A stretch of 15,171 nt of DNA from assembly GCA_027021705.1 (NCBI GenBank), contig JALUTT010000033.1, positions 1 through 15,171 of the forward strand, written 5' to 3'. Under the pieces are notes generated by a model. It saw only the letters and a program-made list of their open reading frames with translations, was not told the DNA's origin and searched no databases. The position numbers were made by a program, and so were the translations under genes. Source of the stretch: Anaerolineae bacterium. Its GTDB lineage: Bacteria; Chloroflexota; Anaerolineae; S140-20. Every line of letters begins with the position of its first letter. Positions within the stretch are counted from its first letter, which is position 1. Below are positions 15,010 to 15,171 of the stretch, one piece after another.

Positions 15010-15037
15010 ATTATACCACAATAGGACAGAGGGGCAA
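15010..15037 (-). promoter_or_regulatory. sigma70-type promoter for the DUF151 gene
   Basis: TTGCCC (15037-15032), 16 nt, TATAAT (15015-15010) with extended -10 TGTGG. Confidence 0.7.
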
Positions 15038-15054
15038 CTTCAAGCCCGCGACCG

Positions 15055-15171
15055 TCACGAGTTTGGGACATCATTCTGAGTTGCCTCCAAAGGCCAGACA
15101 ACGCTCAGGCCGGCGCAAAGGGAAGCCATCGGCACCTGGCTGATGTCGTAGCCGGCCAACTCCAGCGGGCA
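15055..15171 (-). CDS. 3' end of an unidentified gene running in from the right edge
   Basis: Open frame CPLELAGYDISQVPMASLCAGLSVVWPLEATQNDVPNS* with GC3-rich codons in its first part. Too short to assign. Confidence 0.45.
   Translation of the reverse strand, partial: CPLELAGYDISQVPMASLCAGLSVVWPLEATQNDVPNS

Overview
GC-rich bacterial chromosomal window, most consistent with Chloroflexota/Anaerolineae (inferred from protein styles: the FtsH N-terminus, GT-C glycosyltransferase with a C-terminal beta-sandwich, PTPT linker). It is mainly housekeeping. In order: long-chain acyl-CoA ligase (+), Uma2 endonuclease (-), FtsH (-), PASTA Ser/Thr kinase (-), class I SAM methyltransferase (+), a VapC/PIN toxin-antitoxin pair (-), GT39/PMT-like glycosyltransferase (+), lipobox-bearing ArsB/NhaD-family transporter (+), LipM-like octanoyltransferase (-), rpsU (+), DUF151 bifunctional nuclease (-) and the 3' end of an unknown gene (-). 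Sigma70-type promoters are readable for most units and allow several start codons to be revised. I found no CRISPR array, tRNA, rRNA, transposase or integrase. The best leads are: (i) the kinase and the glycosyltransferase end in the same ~130-aa predicted extracytoplasmic domain, and their promoter regions share an identical 12-mer that brackets the intervening MTase+TA block; (ii) the kinase is non-RD (HCD); (iii) a nested 7-mer/8-mer repeat array with G-quadruplex potential lies in the glycosyltransferase leader; (iv) lipM and rpsU have face-to-face promoters with a structured, possibly switchable rpsU leader; (v) there are two small palindromic repeat elements and a long hairpin leader before DUF151. 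All of these are hypotheses from sequence reading; no searches were run.
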